DNA of 64,000 nucleotides from Acidobacteriota bacterium (GTDB lineage: Bacteria > Acidobacteriota > Terriglobia > Terriglobales > SCQP01): assembly GCA_027459505.1 (NCBI GenBank), contig DAIDIE010000041.1:3252-67251 (forward strand). Direction: 5' to 3'. A program made the position numbers and the translations under genes. The stretch's first letter is position 1. Each line of letters opens with the position of its first letter. The notes under the pieces are model-generated. The model saw only the letters and a list, made by a program, of their open reading frames with translations, made no database searches and had not been told where the DNA came from. Below are positions 17,580 through 24,714 of the stretch, one piece after another.

Positions 17580-18245
17580 TGGTGAGCGTAATACTCCGGG
17601 TTCGGCTTGTCCGGCCGCCGGTCCGCCAATTCGCGGCGCGCTCGCTCGGGGCCGCGGCCCGTCTTGAGTTGTTCCCGGATTCAGGCCCAGTGCCGCTCGG
17701 ATTGGGAGATGGCTCCGCGCTGATTGGCGTTGACGGTGATCTGCTGCCGCATCGTCCGCGCCGCGTTGCCGCTGCTGGTCCGTCGCGCGTTCAAGCGCCC
17801 TATGAAAAGTTGCGATGCATAAGCACTTTCGCTCAGCCGGTTGCCCTCGCCACGGTCTGGCCCGAGGTACTTCTTGTTGTGGAAGCCGGGCAAGCGTAGG
17901 ACGCAAGTAGCGTGGGTGGCGGCGGGATCGCTCCGTATTGGCCCGCCAAGTCGCGGAGGGCGGCTTCGGCGGATTCGATGGAGAAGGCATGATCGGGGCC
18001 GGAGTCTGCTTCGGCCACGCGACAGATGACTTCGCGCTTGCCGGGCGAGGCGTCCAGAACGTAGTTGGGGGTGGGCAGGTTGGGTCGGCGAGGACCTGGT
18101 TCAGGCGATCGCCGCCCGTCGTGGTCGAGGTTGAGGTAGAGGTAGAGGTAGAGGGGTCAAGGTAGAGGTGGAGGATGGCGGCGATGTCGGCCCTGGCGCG
18201 GATGCGGGCGTCTGGCTTGAGGGCTGTTCTCGACAAGTCGCCCAT
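17580..18245 (-). pseudogene. Frameshifted RepB-family DNA primase / replication protein remnant
   Basis: One minus frame gives PNLPTPNYVLDASPGKREVICRVAEADSGPDHAFSIESAEAALRDLAGQYG. Another gives VLRLPGFHNKKYLGPDRGEGNRLSE. These resemble RepB_primase blocks as I remember them, but they lie in different frames. Confidence 0.45.
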
Positions 18246-18257
18246 CCCCGCTTCCCG

Positions 18258-18542
18258 CTAGTGGGCGCGGGCTTGGAAGCTGATGTGGAGGCGCGATCCG
18301 GTAGCTGCGGCGAGCCGCTGTAGGGTTCGCATCGTCGGGAGCACGCGCCCGCTTTCAAGCCGTGCCACAACGGGCTGCGTGGTGCCCATCTTTTTCGCCA
18401 ACTCCCGCTGGGTCAGCCCGGCGCGGTTGCGCGCGTCGATGAGGGCTGACGCTAGGGCGAACTCATCTTCCAGTGCCTCGTACGCCTTGCGGTACTTGGG
18501 CTCCTTCATCCACTTCTTGTGTAGATCAGATACGCGCGCCAT
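18258..18542 (-). CDS. XRE-family HTH antitoxin (HigA-like)
   Basis: MARVSDLHKKWMKEPKYRKAYEALEDEFALASALIDARNRAGLTQRELAKKMGTTQPVVARLESG is a classic XRE HTH. I prefer the ATG at 18542; the track start 18560 is a TTG. Confidence 0.8.
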   Translation of the reverse strand: MARVSDLHKKWMKEPKYRKAYEALEDEFALASALIDARNRAGLTQRELAKKMGTTQPVVARLESGRVLPTMRTLQRLAAATGSRLHISFQARAH

Positions 18543-18552
18543 TCTGGCCTCC

Positions 18553-18624
18553 TCACTCAAGCGATTTCAAGGCTTCCACCTCCGCATCGATTGTGGCGTT
18601 CAGGGTCTCAACCGGCCACGGCAT
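18553..18624 (-). pseudogene. Truncated toxin remnant (23 codons) upstream of the antitoxin
   Basis: MPWPVETLNATIDAEVEALKSLE-stop resembles the N-terminus of Gp49/HigB-like toxins. It ends 10 nt before the antitoxin ATG, and the rest of the toxin is absent. Confidence 0.35.
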
Positions 18625-18632
18625 GCCTGACT

Positions 18633-18650
18633 ATACCAAAAACGGTATAT
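18633..18650. promoter_or_regulatory. Perfect palindrome TATACC-N6-GGTATA, probable TA operator overlapping a -10-like TATAGT
   Basis: The minus strand reads cataTACCgtttttGGTATAGTcaggcATG, directly upstream of the toxin-remnant ATG. Confidence 0.4.
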
Positions 18651-19020
18651 GTTTGGCGGCCTGGCGCTGCACGTTGCGCTGAGGCGGTGAGGGGCGCGGT
18701 CGCCGTTCGAGTCCGCGCCGCGCGAGTGCCATTCGAGCCCCGGCTACATTCGGCGCCGGGCAAGCCCCTCTCGCGCCCATCAGGCGCGCGCCCAGCGGTT
18801 GTCTCGCAGCACAAGAGCGCTACCGCTTCGGCTTCAACGTCCCGGAGGCCCGGCGGGAGCGTCTTGGTGCCGGTCAGGTCGCCATCGCCAATGTGGCCGA
18901 GGATTTGGGGACGCTGGGGACAGCTTCAGACCTGTCACCCTTCCCACCCTTTCGGGTGGGAGCCACCGCTGTCCCCGATTATTCCCGTCGCCGCGTTCCA
19001 AACCCAAGGTTTTTTGTTGA

Positions 19021-19168
19021 CCGGGAAACCCGCCAGGGTAAACCGCGCCGCCTGACCAACAGCCACGCCCCACGGTGAACTGTAAACTGTGCACTGTCAA
19101 CTTCTGCCTGCGCACTGTCAACTTCTGACAGTGCACTGTGAACCTCTGACCTCCCACCGTGCACCGCA
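19021..19168 (+). repeat. Dispersed intergenic element: conserved ~50-nt module followed by a 7-nt periodic tail
   Basis: The module is cgccagggtaaaccgcgccgcctgaccaacagccacgccccacggtgaac. The tail is made of heptamers: tgtaaac tgtgcac tgtcaac ttctgcc tgcgcac tgtcaac ttctgac agtgcac tgtgaac. Confidence 0.75.
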
Positions 19169-19286
19169 CTCCAATTGTTACAACCGCTGTAACAGTTTCT
19201 TCTCCCCCAACTTGGGGGAATCGACAAGATTGTTCCGCCGTACCACGATTGACCTGAGCGCCGCTTGCGCTCTGGAGTCTGTCGTC

Positions 19287-20885
19287 ATGCCAAAATCACG
19301 CAAACGCAAAAAGCATCACCAGAAGCATCACCACAACCGCTCGTTACCTTTTATCCGCAAAGCCGCCGCCACATCCGTGGCCGCCACGCCAGCGGAGTCT
19401 GTCTCGCCGCTCAACGGCGAAGTCGGCGCTGAAACAATTGCGGGAAGAACCGCTGCAATCGCTCCGCCTCTCGAGAAAAAAGTAGCGTCCGCGGCAGTTG
19501 CGGCCGCGGCAGCTACCGCCGGCGCCACGGACAATGACGTCCGCCAACCTTATACACACAACGAGCCCACCGCGGCGGCCAGCGCTGCCGCTTCGCCTTC
19601 TCCCTCAACCCCTCACTCCAAACCCCGCACTCCCACGTCAGCGACTGCCGATTCCGGCTTTGCCGCATCCGGCGCGTCCGGCGCGTCCAGCGCATCCGGC
19701 TCCGCCTCGCCCTTCGCCGCCTTCGCCGACTGGCAGGCCTTCAGCATGCCGCCCGAGCCGCCCGAGCCTGTCTGGGAGTTCCGTCCCACCCGCGCCCAAC
19801 TGCGCCTGCTTAGAGCCATGCTCAGTCCCGACTGGGACACCGTCCCCACCGTCACCGCCGTCTGCGAACGCATCGGCATCAGCCGCGGCACTTATTACCG
19901 CTGGTCGGAAGACCCCGCCTTCATGGCCTGGCTTTCCGCCAACGTCGTGAACCATGTATCGACGTTCGGGCCATGGGCGCTGCTCGCGCTGCATCATGGC
20001 GCCATGAACGGAGATCCGCGCTCTTCGCGTCACCTCTACTCCATGCTGCTGCCGCGCCGCTTTGGCGGACTCAACACCTTCCTCGAGCCGTACGCCAGGC
20101 AAGCCGCTATGGCGCCCAACCCGCTCTCTTCGGAAGAGGACGAACGCCTCTGCCAACTGGAGTGGGAGGCCGAGTGCGCCCAGCGCGCCGCCCGCGCCGC
20201 AAACCAGCAGTCAACAATGAAAACGCCAAAGCACCCCGGTGCGGCCCGCTCAGCCGCCTCCAAATACCAGGCTGCAACCACAACCGCAGCACAACCCGGC
20301 CCCGAAGCCGCCATCGAGAACCCGTTTGCAGACGAGTCTGGAATCGCCGCCGCAGCGGGCAATAGTAAGGCGGCCAGTTGTGACTTGGCCAACGCAGAAG
20401 CGGGCAGCCGCGAGGCCGCCGGCCAGGAGCGGTCAGATCAGGAAGCTATCAGCGCCACACTGCTCGAAGTTCCCGCCGCCGAATCTAAAGCAGCAAACAA
20501 CGCTGCCATTGACGACATCATTGACGACATCATCGACGACATCACTGATGACGCCACTGTTGACGCCATTGCTGGCGCCACTGGTAACGCCATCATCGTT
20601 GACGCCATTCTTGACGCTACTGATAACGCAACCGATGACGCCACGGAATCCGCCGCCGCGAATCACCCCGCCGCGCAACAAGCAGCGCAACCAGCAACTG
20701 CCTCTGGCAACCTGACCGCCTCGGCCGGCGAAGCAACTGCCCCCGCCAATCCGGCGGGCAGCGAGCACGCCGCCGTGGAGCAGCGCAAGCCCGTCTCCAT
20801 CTCTTCCGATGGAGCCCCCGCTCGCCCCGCCGCGCGCGCCGCCGCGCGCGCCGCCATCGCCGGACCCACAAAAGGGGCCGCCTGA
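19287..20885 (+). CDS. HTH-domain protein with Lys/His-rich N-terminus and Ala/Asp-rich low-complexity flanks (mobile-element style)
   Basis: I chose the ATG at 19287 (MPKSRKRKKHHQKHHHN). The central block is RPTRAQLRLLRAMLSPDWDTVPTVTAVCERIGISRGTYYRWSEDPAFMAWL. The track start 19089 lies inside the heptamer repeat. Confidence 0.5.
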   Translation: MPKSRKRKKHHQKHHHNRSLPFIRKAAATSVAATPAESVSPLNGEVGAETIAGRTAAIAPPLEKKVASAAVAAAAATAGATDNDVRQPYTHNEPTAAASAAASPSPSTPHSKPRTPTSATADSGFAASGASGASSASGSASPFAAFADWQAFSMPPEPPEPVWEFRPTRAQLRLLRAMLSPDWDTVPTVTAVCERIGISRGTYYRWSEDPAFMAWLSANVVNHVSTFGPWALLALHHGAMNGDPRSSRHLYSMLLPRRFGGLNTFLEPYARQAAMAPNPLSSEEDERLCQLEWEAECAQRAARAANQQSTMKTPKHPGAARSAASKYQAATTTAAQPGPEAAIENPFADESGIAAAAGNSKAASCDLANAEAGSREAAGQERSDQEAISATLLEVPAAESKAANNAAIDDIIDDIIDDITDDATVDAIAGATGNAIIVDAILDATDNATDDATESAAANHPAAQQAAQPATASGNLTASAGEATAPANPAGSEHAAVEQRKPVSISSDGAPARPAARAAARAAIAGPTKGAA

Positions 20886-21206
20886 ACGGGTGGGAAAACG
20901 CGACAGCGCGCCAACGCGCGCCGCGGCCCTCAAAGCCGCGTAACCAGAGTCAAATCAGCACCTTAGGAGGGAACCAGCAAGCAAGATCAAAATCCGGGTG
21001 TCTCATTTTCGATCCCCTGAACACCCCGCCCAGGTCCGAAAGGCGCCGACAACAGGGCAAGAACAAGCTGCTCAACGCCGCGCCCAGGGCAAACACTGCC
21101 CAGGCACAGCGGGAAGAGACAAAATCCAAACCCGAACGCCAACCCTCAGCCGTTCGTACAGGAGATCCCCGCGCCATGCATGAACCACAATTGCAAGTTG
21201 AAAGGC

Positions 21207-21338
21207 CACGGTCGGGTGTCCACTCAACGTTGTATGTTGAGTGGGAAAACCGCCGAGGTCATGTGCGCCGCCAACCCCAGGCAAGCCCCACAGACAACAG
21301 ACAACAGACAACAGACAACCGACAACCGACCCCCGTCC
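21207..21338 (+). repeat. Direct repeat copy 1 (hairpin + module + CAGACAA heptamers), paired with 21675..21815
   Basis: Hairpin CCACTCAAC-gttgtat-GTTGAGTGG, then gaaaaccgccgaggtcatgtgcgccgccaacccc, then cagacaa x4 and ccgacaa x2. Confidence 0.85.
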
Positions 21339-21348
21339 ACCCGAGCGG

Positions 21349-21450
21349 TACTGCGTCCCAGCCCGCGCGCCTGCCAGCATGCGGAGGAAAGAGACAACGT
21401 TCGGCGCCGGGCAAGACTAGCCCGGCATAGCACGAAGTGCGTATGCCGGG
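21349..21450 (-). repeat. Copy B of the ~100-nt repeat, inverted relative to 1531..1632
   Basis: The reverse complement reads cccggcatacgcacttcgtgctatgccgggctagtcttgcccggcgccga...ctggcaggcgcgcgggctgggacgcagta. Confidence 0.8.
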
Positions 21451-21610
21451 TTCACCAAAGCGGAGCGATCCCGTATAGCGAGCGCAGCGACGCGTAATCC
21501 GCCGCCGCATGAATCGTGCACCCTTTGCTCACCTTTCCAAACCGGCGCCAGAAACCCCCGCCCCGCGTACTCACGTTAACCGTGGCTCCAACGCCTGGAT
21601 TCGGACAACA

Positions 21611-21673
21611 CGCCAAGGTAACCTGCGCCGGGACCAATGGCAACGCCCCACGGTGAGGTGTGCACTGTGAACC
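21611..21673 (+). repeat. Additional copy of the conserved module (...acgccccacggtga + short heptamer tail)
   Basis: cgccaaggtaacctgcgccgggaccaatggcaacgccccacggtgaggtgtgcactgtgaacc aligns to 19021..19090. Confidence 0.7.
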
Positions 21674-21674
21674 C

Positions 21675-21815
21675 CACGGGTCCGGTGCCCCACTCAACGT
21701 TGTGTGTTGAGTGGGAAAACCGCCGAGGTCATGTGCGCCGCCAACCCCTGGCAAGCCCCACCGAAAACCGACAACAGACAACCGACAACCGACAACAGAC
21801 AACCGACCCCCGTCC
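21675..21815 (+). repeat. Direct repeat copy 2, paired with 21207..21338
   Basis: CCACTCAAC-gttgtgt-GTTGAGTGG gaaaaccgccgaggtcatgtgcgccgccaacccc, followed by an accgaca/acagaca heptamer tract. Confidence 0.85.
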
Positions 21816-21959
21816 CGCCTCGCAGTCCACGTCCAGTTCCGAAGCAGGCGGGACGGGGCCCCGGCGCCAGCCGGTGCGCGTCGGAGGTTTTCACCAGCGC
21901 CGGATACAAGCAACCGTGTGTCAAGAGAAGCGCCAGACCCGAACAGAACTGACTTCGAA

Positions 21960-22042
21960 CCGTCAGCTTCGGCCGGACGACGAAGCACTGAAATAAAAGC
22001 GGTCGTGCCGCTTCTGCGCTACGATCATTTGGTGCGCCGCCC
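21960..22042 (+). repeat. Twin-hairpin element copy A, just upstream of the 22074 gene
   Basis: ccgtcaGCTTCGgccggacgaCGAAGCactgaaataaaaGCGGtcgtgCCGCttctgcgc...gcgccgccc aligns to 24101..24169. Confidence 0.7.
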
Positions 22043-22073
22043 TCAGGCACATACCGGAAAGCCGCTGCGGCTT

Positions 22074-22541
22074 ATGGACCCCGCGCCAGATGCGCAGTTC
22101 CTCTCGCAATTGAGGAAGCGGCTACGCTACCAGGGCAGTCCGAAACACAAGCGGAATCCGCAAACGTTCGGACTCCCCGCGTTCTCTGGCGCTCGCGGTG
22201 ACGCCACCCTTTGCGAGCACGCAGCATTCAGCGCCGGCGACAGCGGTCGAATCCCATTCATCATGGGAAGGGGCGTCCAGGCCGGTTTGATTGGCAACTG
22301 TTTCGAGCATGGGTTTGAGCATGGACTACCCAAGACCATCTGGGCAGTGGACCAGACCGGTTGGATTTTTGAAGGCAAGCTCACCAACATCACGAGCGGC
22401 GAATATCACGGCTATCCGCTGTTACCGGGAGCACCGATTGCTCGCTTAATATATGATCGGTTCAGGGACTGGGTTGTGAACCACCCCAAGCCACGCAACC
22501 AGCAGGCACTTGAAAACTGCCACGATCTTTATGGACTCTAG
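22074..22541 (+). CDS. Uncharacterised small basic protein (155 aa), candidate toxin/effector of a two-gene cassette
   Basis: I chose the ATG at 22074 (MDPAPDAQF); the track ORF from 21711 runs through the repeats. Distinctive blocks are YQGSPKHKRNPQTFGL and WIFEGKLTNITSGEYHGYPLLPGAPIA. The stop overlaps the next gene. Confidence 0.6.
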   Translation: MDPAPDAQFLSQLRKRLRYQGSPKHKRNPQTFGLPAFSGARGDATLCEHAAFSAGDSGRIPFIMGRGVQAGLIGNCFEHGFEHGLPKTIWAVDQTGWIFEGKLTNITSGEYHGYPLLPGAPIARLIYDRFRDWVVNHPKPRNQQALENCHDLYGL

Positions 22542-23859
22542 CGCCAGCTTCGTGATTGATTTCGAACCCATTGCCTCAGGCAATGTCGCGAGGCTTGTCG
22601 TCTATGGGTTGGGGCATTGCCTTACACGCCTGCTGCGCGATGGCGAGAATGCTCCCTCCGAGCACCTCATAGTTCCCCCGGAAATGCTGGCACACTGGTT
22701 CGTGGAAAACTGGTGGCGACTGCGTTGGGAACCGGTTCCAGCAGGCACGAACAGTCCCCCCGACGCATGGCGGATGGCGCACGACATGCGCTCGATCGGA
22801 GGCGGGTTCGCATGGCCCAACCTTCTCGTCTGGGGAGAGGATACGCGCGTGTGCCTCAGAGCGCATCCGGACCCACTTGGAGTTGCCGGACCGGTACGCT
22901 TCTTGAGCGATGCCTCTGGAGCAATATCCGCTCGCAATTTCGAGGCTGAGGTGGACCGCTTTCTCGACTCGGTCCGCGATACGAACGACGACGGCGGCTT
23001 TGGTCAGCTGGTGCGCGCGCTCCGCGCGGAGAGGAGTGACTCCGAAGTTGCAGCATGGCGGCGACTTGAGGCTCGTCTCGGATTTGATCCGGGCGATGCC
23101 CCCGATTCCGTCATGACCCAACTGGGCGAGTTGGTGGCTCGATTCCGGGAGCGCGACATCGAGGAAGCCGCCTCCGCTGCACCGGGCGCCGAGGCTGCGG
23201 GCATTTTACAGGAGGAGATCGCCGCCGCCACAGGAATGGGGGGATGGGATTGCAACCCGCAACCAGTATCCGATTTAGCTTCCCAATACCGCAGCCGGGA
23301 GCAAGCGGCAAGCAACCTTTCAACGGAAGCGCCTTGGCGCCAGGGGGAACAAACTGCTAAGTTCCTGCGTGCCACGCTCACGCATTGCGGTCCCGTGGGG
23401 AATAGCCTCTTATCCGAACTGTTGGGCATTCAAGAGCAGGCTATTGGGAATGCGCAACACCATCCATGCGATAGCTTAAAGCCTCTCTACGCGCTTCTCG
23501 TCACGGAGGAACGTGGCCACCGGTTTCTCCCGAGATCGAAGTGGCTGCAAGGCCGAAGGTTTGAACTGGCCCGCCTGGTCGGCGATTTGCTCTACAACGG
23601 TCCTGCTCAGGGCCGCTCCCTGGCGCCAATTGCGCTTTCCAGAACTCACCGGCAGAAATTTCAGCGTTCATTCGCGGCGAACTTCCTTTGCCCCATTGAC
23701 GAACTCGTCGCGTATATGGCCACAGACTCGCCCGAGGAAGACGATATGACCGCGGCCGCCAGCCACTTTTCCGTTTCGCCTACCCTGGTGAAATCAACCC
23801 TCATGAACCACGGCAAGCTCCCTCGTACAGCTTTCCAAGAAGTGGTCGAGGCGTTGTAG
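22531..23859 (+). CDS. Uncharacterised 442-aa protein with a C-terminal ImmA/IrrE (M78)-like domain lacking the HEXXH residues
   Basis: The ATG at 22531 overlaps the upstream stop (ATGGACTCTAG). RRFELARLVGDLLY sits where the family has RFTLAHELGHLL. The downstream family block FAANFLCPIDELVAYM...HFSVSPTLVKSTLMNHGKL is retained. Confidence 0.6.
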   Translation: MDSSASFVIDFEPIASGNVARLVVYGLGHCLTRLLRDGENAPSEHLIVPPEMLAHWFVENWWRLRWEPVPAGTNSPPDAWRMAHDMRSIGGGFAWPNLLVWGEDTRVCLRAHPDPLGVAGPVRFLSDASGAISARNFEAEVDRFLDSVRDTNDDGGFGQLVRALRAERSDSEVAAWRRLEARLGFDPGDAPDSVMTQLGELVARFRERDIEEAASAAPGAEAAGILQEEIAAATGMGGWDCNPQPVSDLASQYRSREQAASNLSTEAPWRQGEQTAKFLRATLTHCGPVGNSLLSELLGIQEQAIGNAQHHPCDSLKPLYALLVTEERGHRFLPRSKWLQGRRFELARLVGDLLYNGPAQGRSLAPIALSRTHRQKFQRSFAANFLCPIDELVAYMATDSPEEDDMTAAASHFSVSPTLVKSTLMNHGKLPRTAFQEVVEAL

Positions 23860-23969
23860 ACAGATAAGGACGTGCCAGAAGGGCGAACTGCTTTCGAGTT
23901 CGAGATCGCAGGCCGAAGTCGTAGCGAAGGTCCGGGGTTGCCCTTTAAGCCCCGCACCGCTGGCGACGC

Positions 23970-24079
23970 CCGAGTTCGTCACCAGGCGAGGCGTTAAGAC
24001 GGAGAAGAGTGCGGCTTTTCTCAACAGGAAAAGCCGCATGCCTCTAGATTGCAAACGCGCCGTTGTGTGACGAACTCGG
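23970..24079. repeat. 110-nt nested palindrome (13-bp outer and 10-bp inner perfect stems)
   Basis: Outer stem: CCGAGTTCGTCAC (23970-23982) pairs with GTGACGAACTCGG (24067-24079). Inner stem: GCGGCTTTTC-tcaacag-GAAAAGCCGC (24011-24037), centred on the same axis. Confidence 0.8.
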
Positions 24080-24100
24080 ACTAGTAAAGCGCGGCCACCA

Positions 24101-24169
24101 TCCGTGAGCTTCGGCCGGAGGCCGAAGCGGGTGGAATAAAGGCGGCCGTGCCGCTCCGCCGGCGCCGCC
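24101..24169 (+). repeat. Twin-hairpin element copy B, just upstream of the 24203 gene
   Basis: ccgtgaGCTTCGGCCggaGGCCGAAGCgggtggaataaagGCGGCcgtGCCGCtccgccggcgccgccc. Confidence 0.7.
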
Positions 24170-24202
24170 CATCTGTAGATCACTGCCGGCCGTAAGGGCG
24201 AT

Positions 24203-24697
24203 ATGACCTCCAAGCAATGGCTAAAAACAGCCCTGAGCGCCGGCATATGCGTCGCGGTCCTCTACAGTTGGCCGCGGATCGCTTCATGGGGCCAGCGGCT
24301 CGTGCGGCCCTCCGTAACGCGCCTTGGTGGTGAATCGTATCCGGTCCCGGCAGGGTGGCTGGTGACCGAGAGAAGCCGAACCAGCCTTATCGCACTGCAT
24401 TTTCAGATCGGTTTGGATCCACTGTTCCTGGAGGAGACGGGCCACCTCGGCATTCACCTGAGCGGAACGCCGCTCTCCAAACTGATCGCGATCGAGGAGA
24501 AATCCGATCGCTCGGAAGGCGACCCAATCCGCCGTCTGGGCGACGGGTACTGTTCGGAGAGATCGACCGCCGGCAGCTTGCGAATGTGGTGTCTGTTCAA
24601 GTGGGGTCAGGCCACCATGGAAGGGAAGACCAGTGACCGGCCCTTTCTTGAAGCCGCTGCCGAGCGGCTCTCAGCGTACTCGAGCCAACACAAGTGA
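24203..24697 (+). CDS. Hypothetical signal-anchored protein (164 aa)
   Basis: ATG ORF with an N-terminal hydrophobic segment (LKTALSAGICVAVLYSW). No family recognised. Confidence 0.45.
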   Translation: MTSKQWLKTALSAGICVAVLYSWPRIASWGQRLVRPSVTRLGGESYPVPAGWLVTERSRTSLIALHFQIGLDPLFLEETGHLGIHLSGTPLSKLIAIEEKSDRSEGDPIRRLGDGYCSERSTAGSLRMWCLFKWGQATMEGKTSDRPFLEAAAERLSAYSSQHK

Positions 24698-24714
24698 GGG
24701 AGTGGACCTCAGGA

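Noticed and set aside
17496-18245. 249-aa ORF read as a single protein
   Set aside because: It is Pro/Arg/Ser/Thr low-complexity with (ST)n runs. Meaningful primase-like blocks appear only in the other two frames, so the locus fits a frameshifted pseudogene better.
18690-18745. Possible tRNA, because of TTCGAGTCC and TTCGAGCCC strings
   Set aside because: No 5-bp T-stem flanks a 7-nt loop, and there is no acceptor, D or anticodon arm. It is only a GC-rich hairpin with a 13-nt loop.
19071-19168. Heptamer tracts considered as a CRISPR array or as coding repeats
   Set aside because: The period is 7 nt with no spacers and no cas genes nearby. A 7-nt period breaks any reading frame, so the overlapping track ORFs are spurious.
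21711-22073. N-terminal 121-aa extension of the 22074 gene (track ORF 21711..22541)
   Set aside because: The extension runs through the duplicated repeat, the heptamer tract and the twin-hairpin element. It is Pro/Arg/Thr-rich. The first plausible start is the ATG at 22074.
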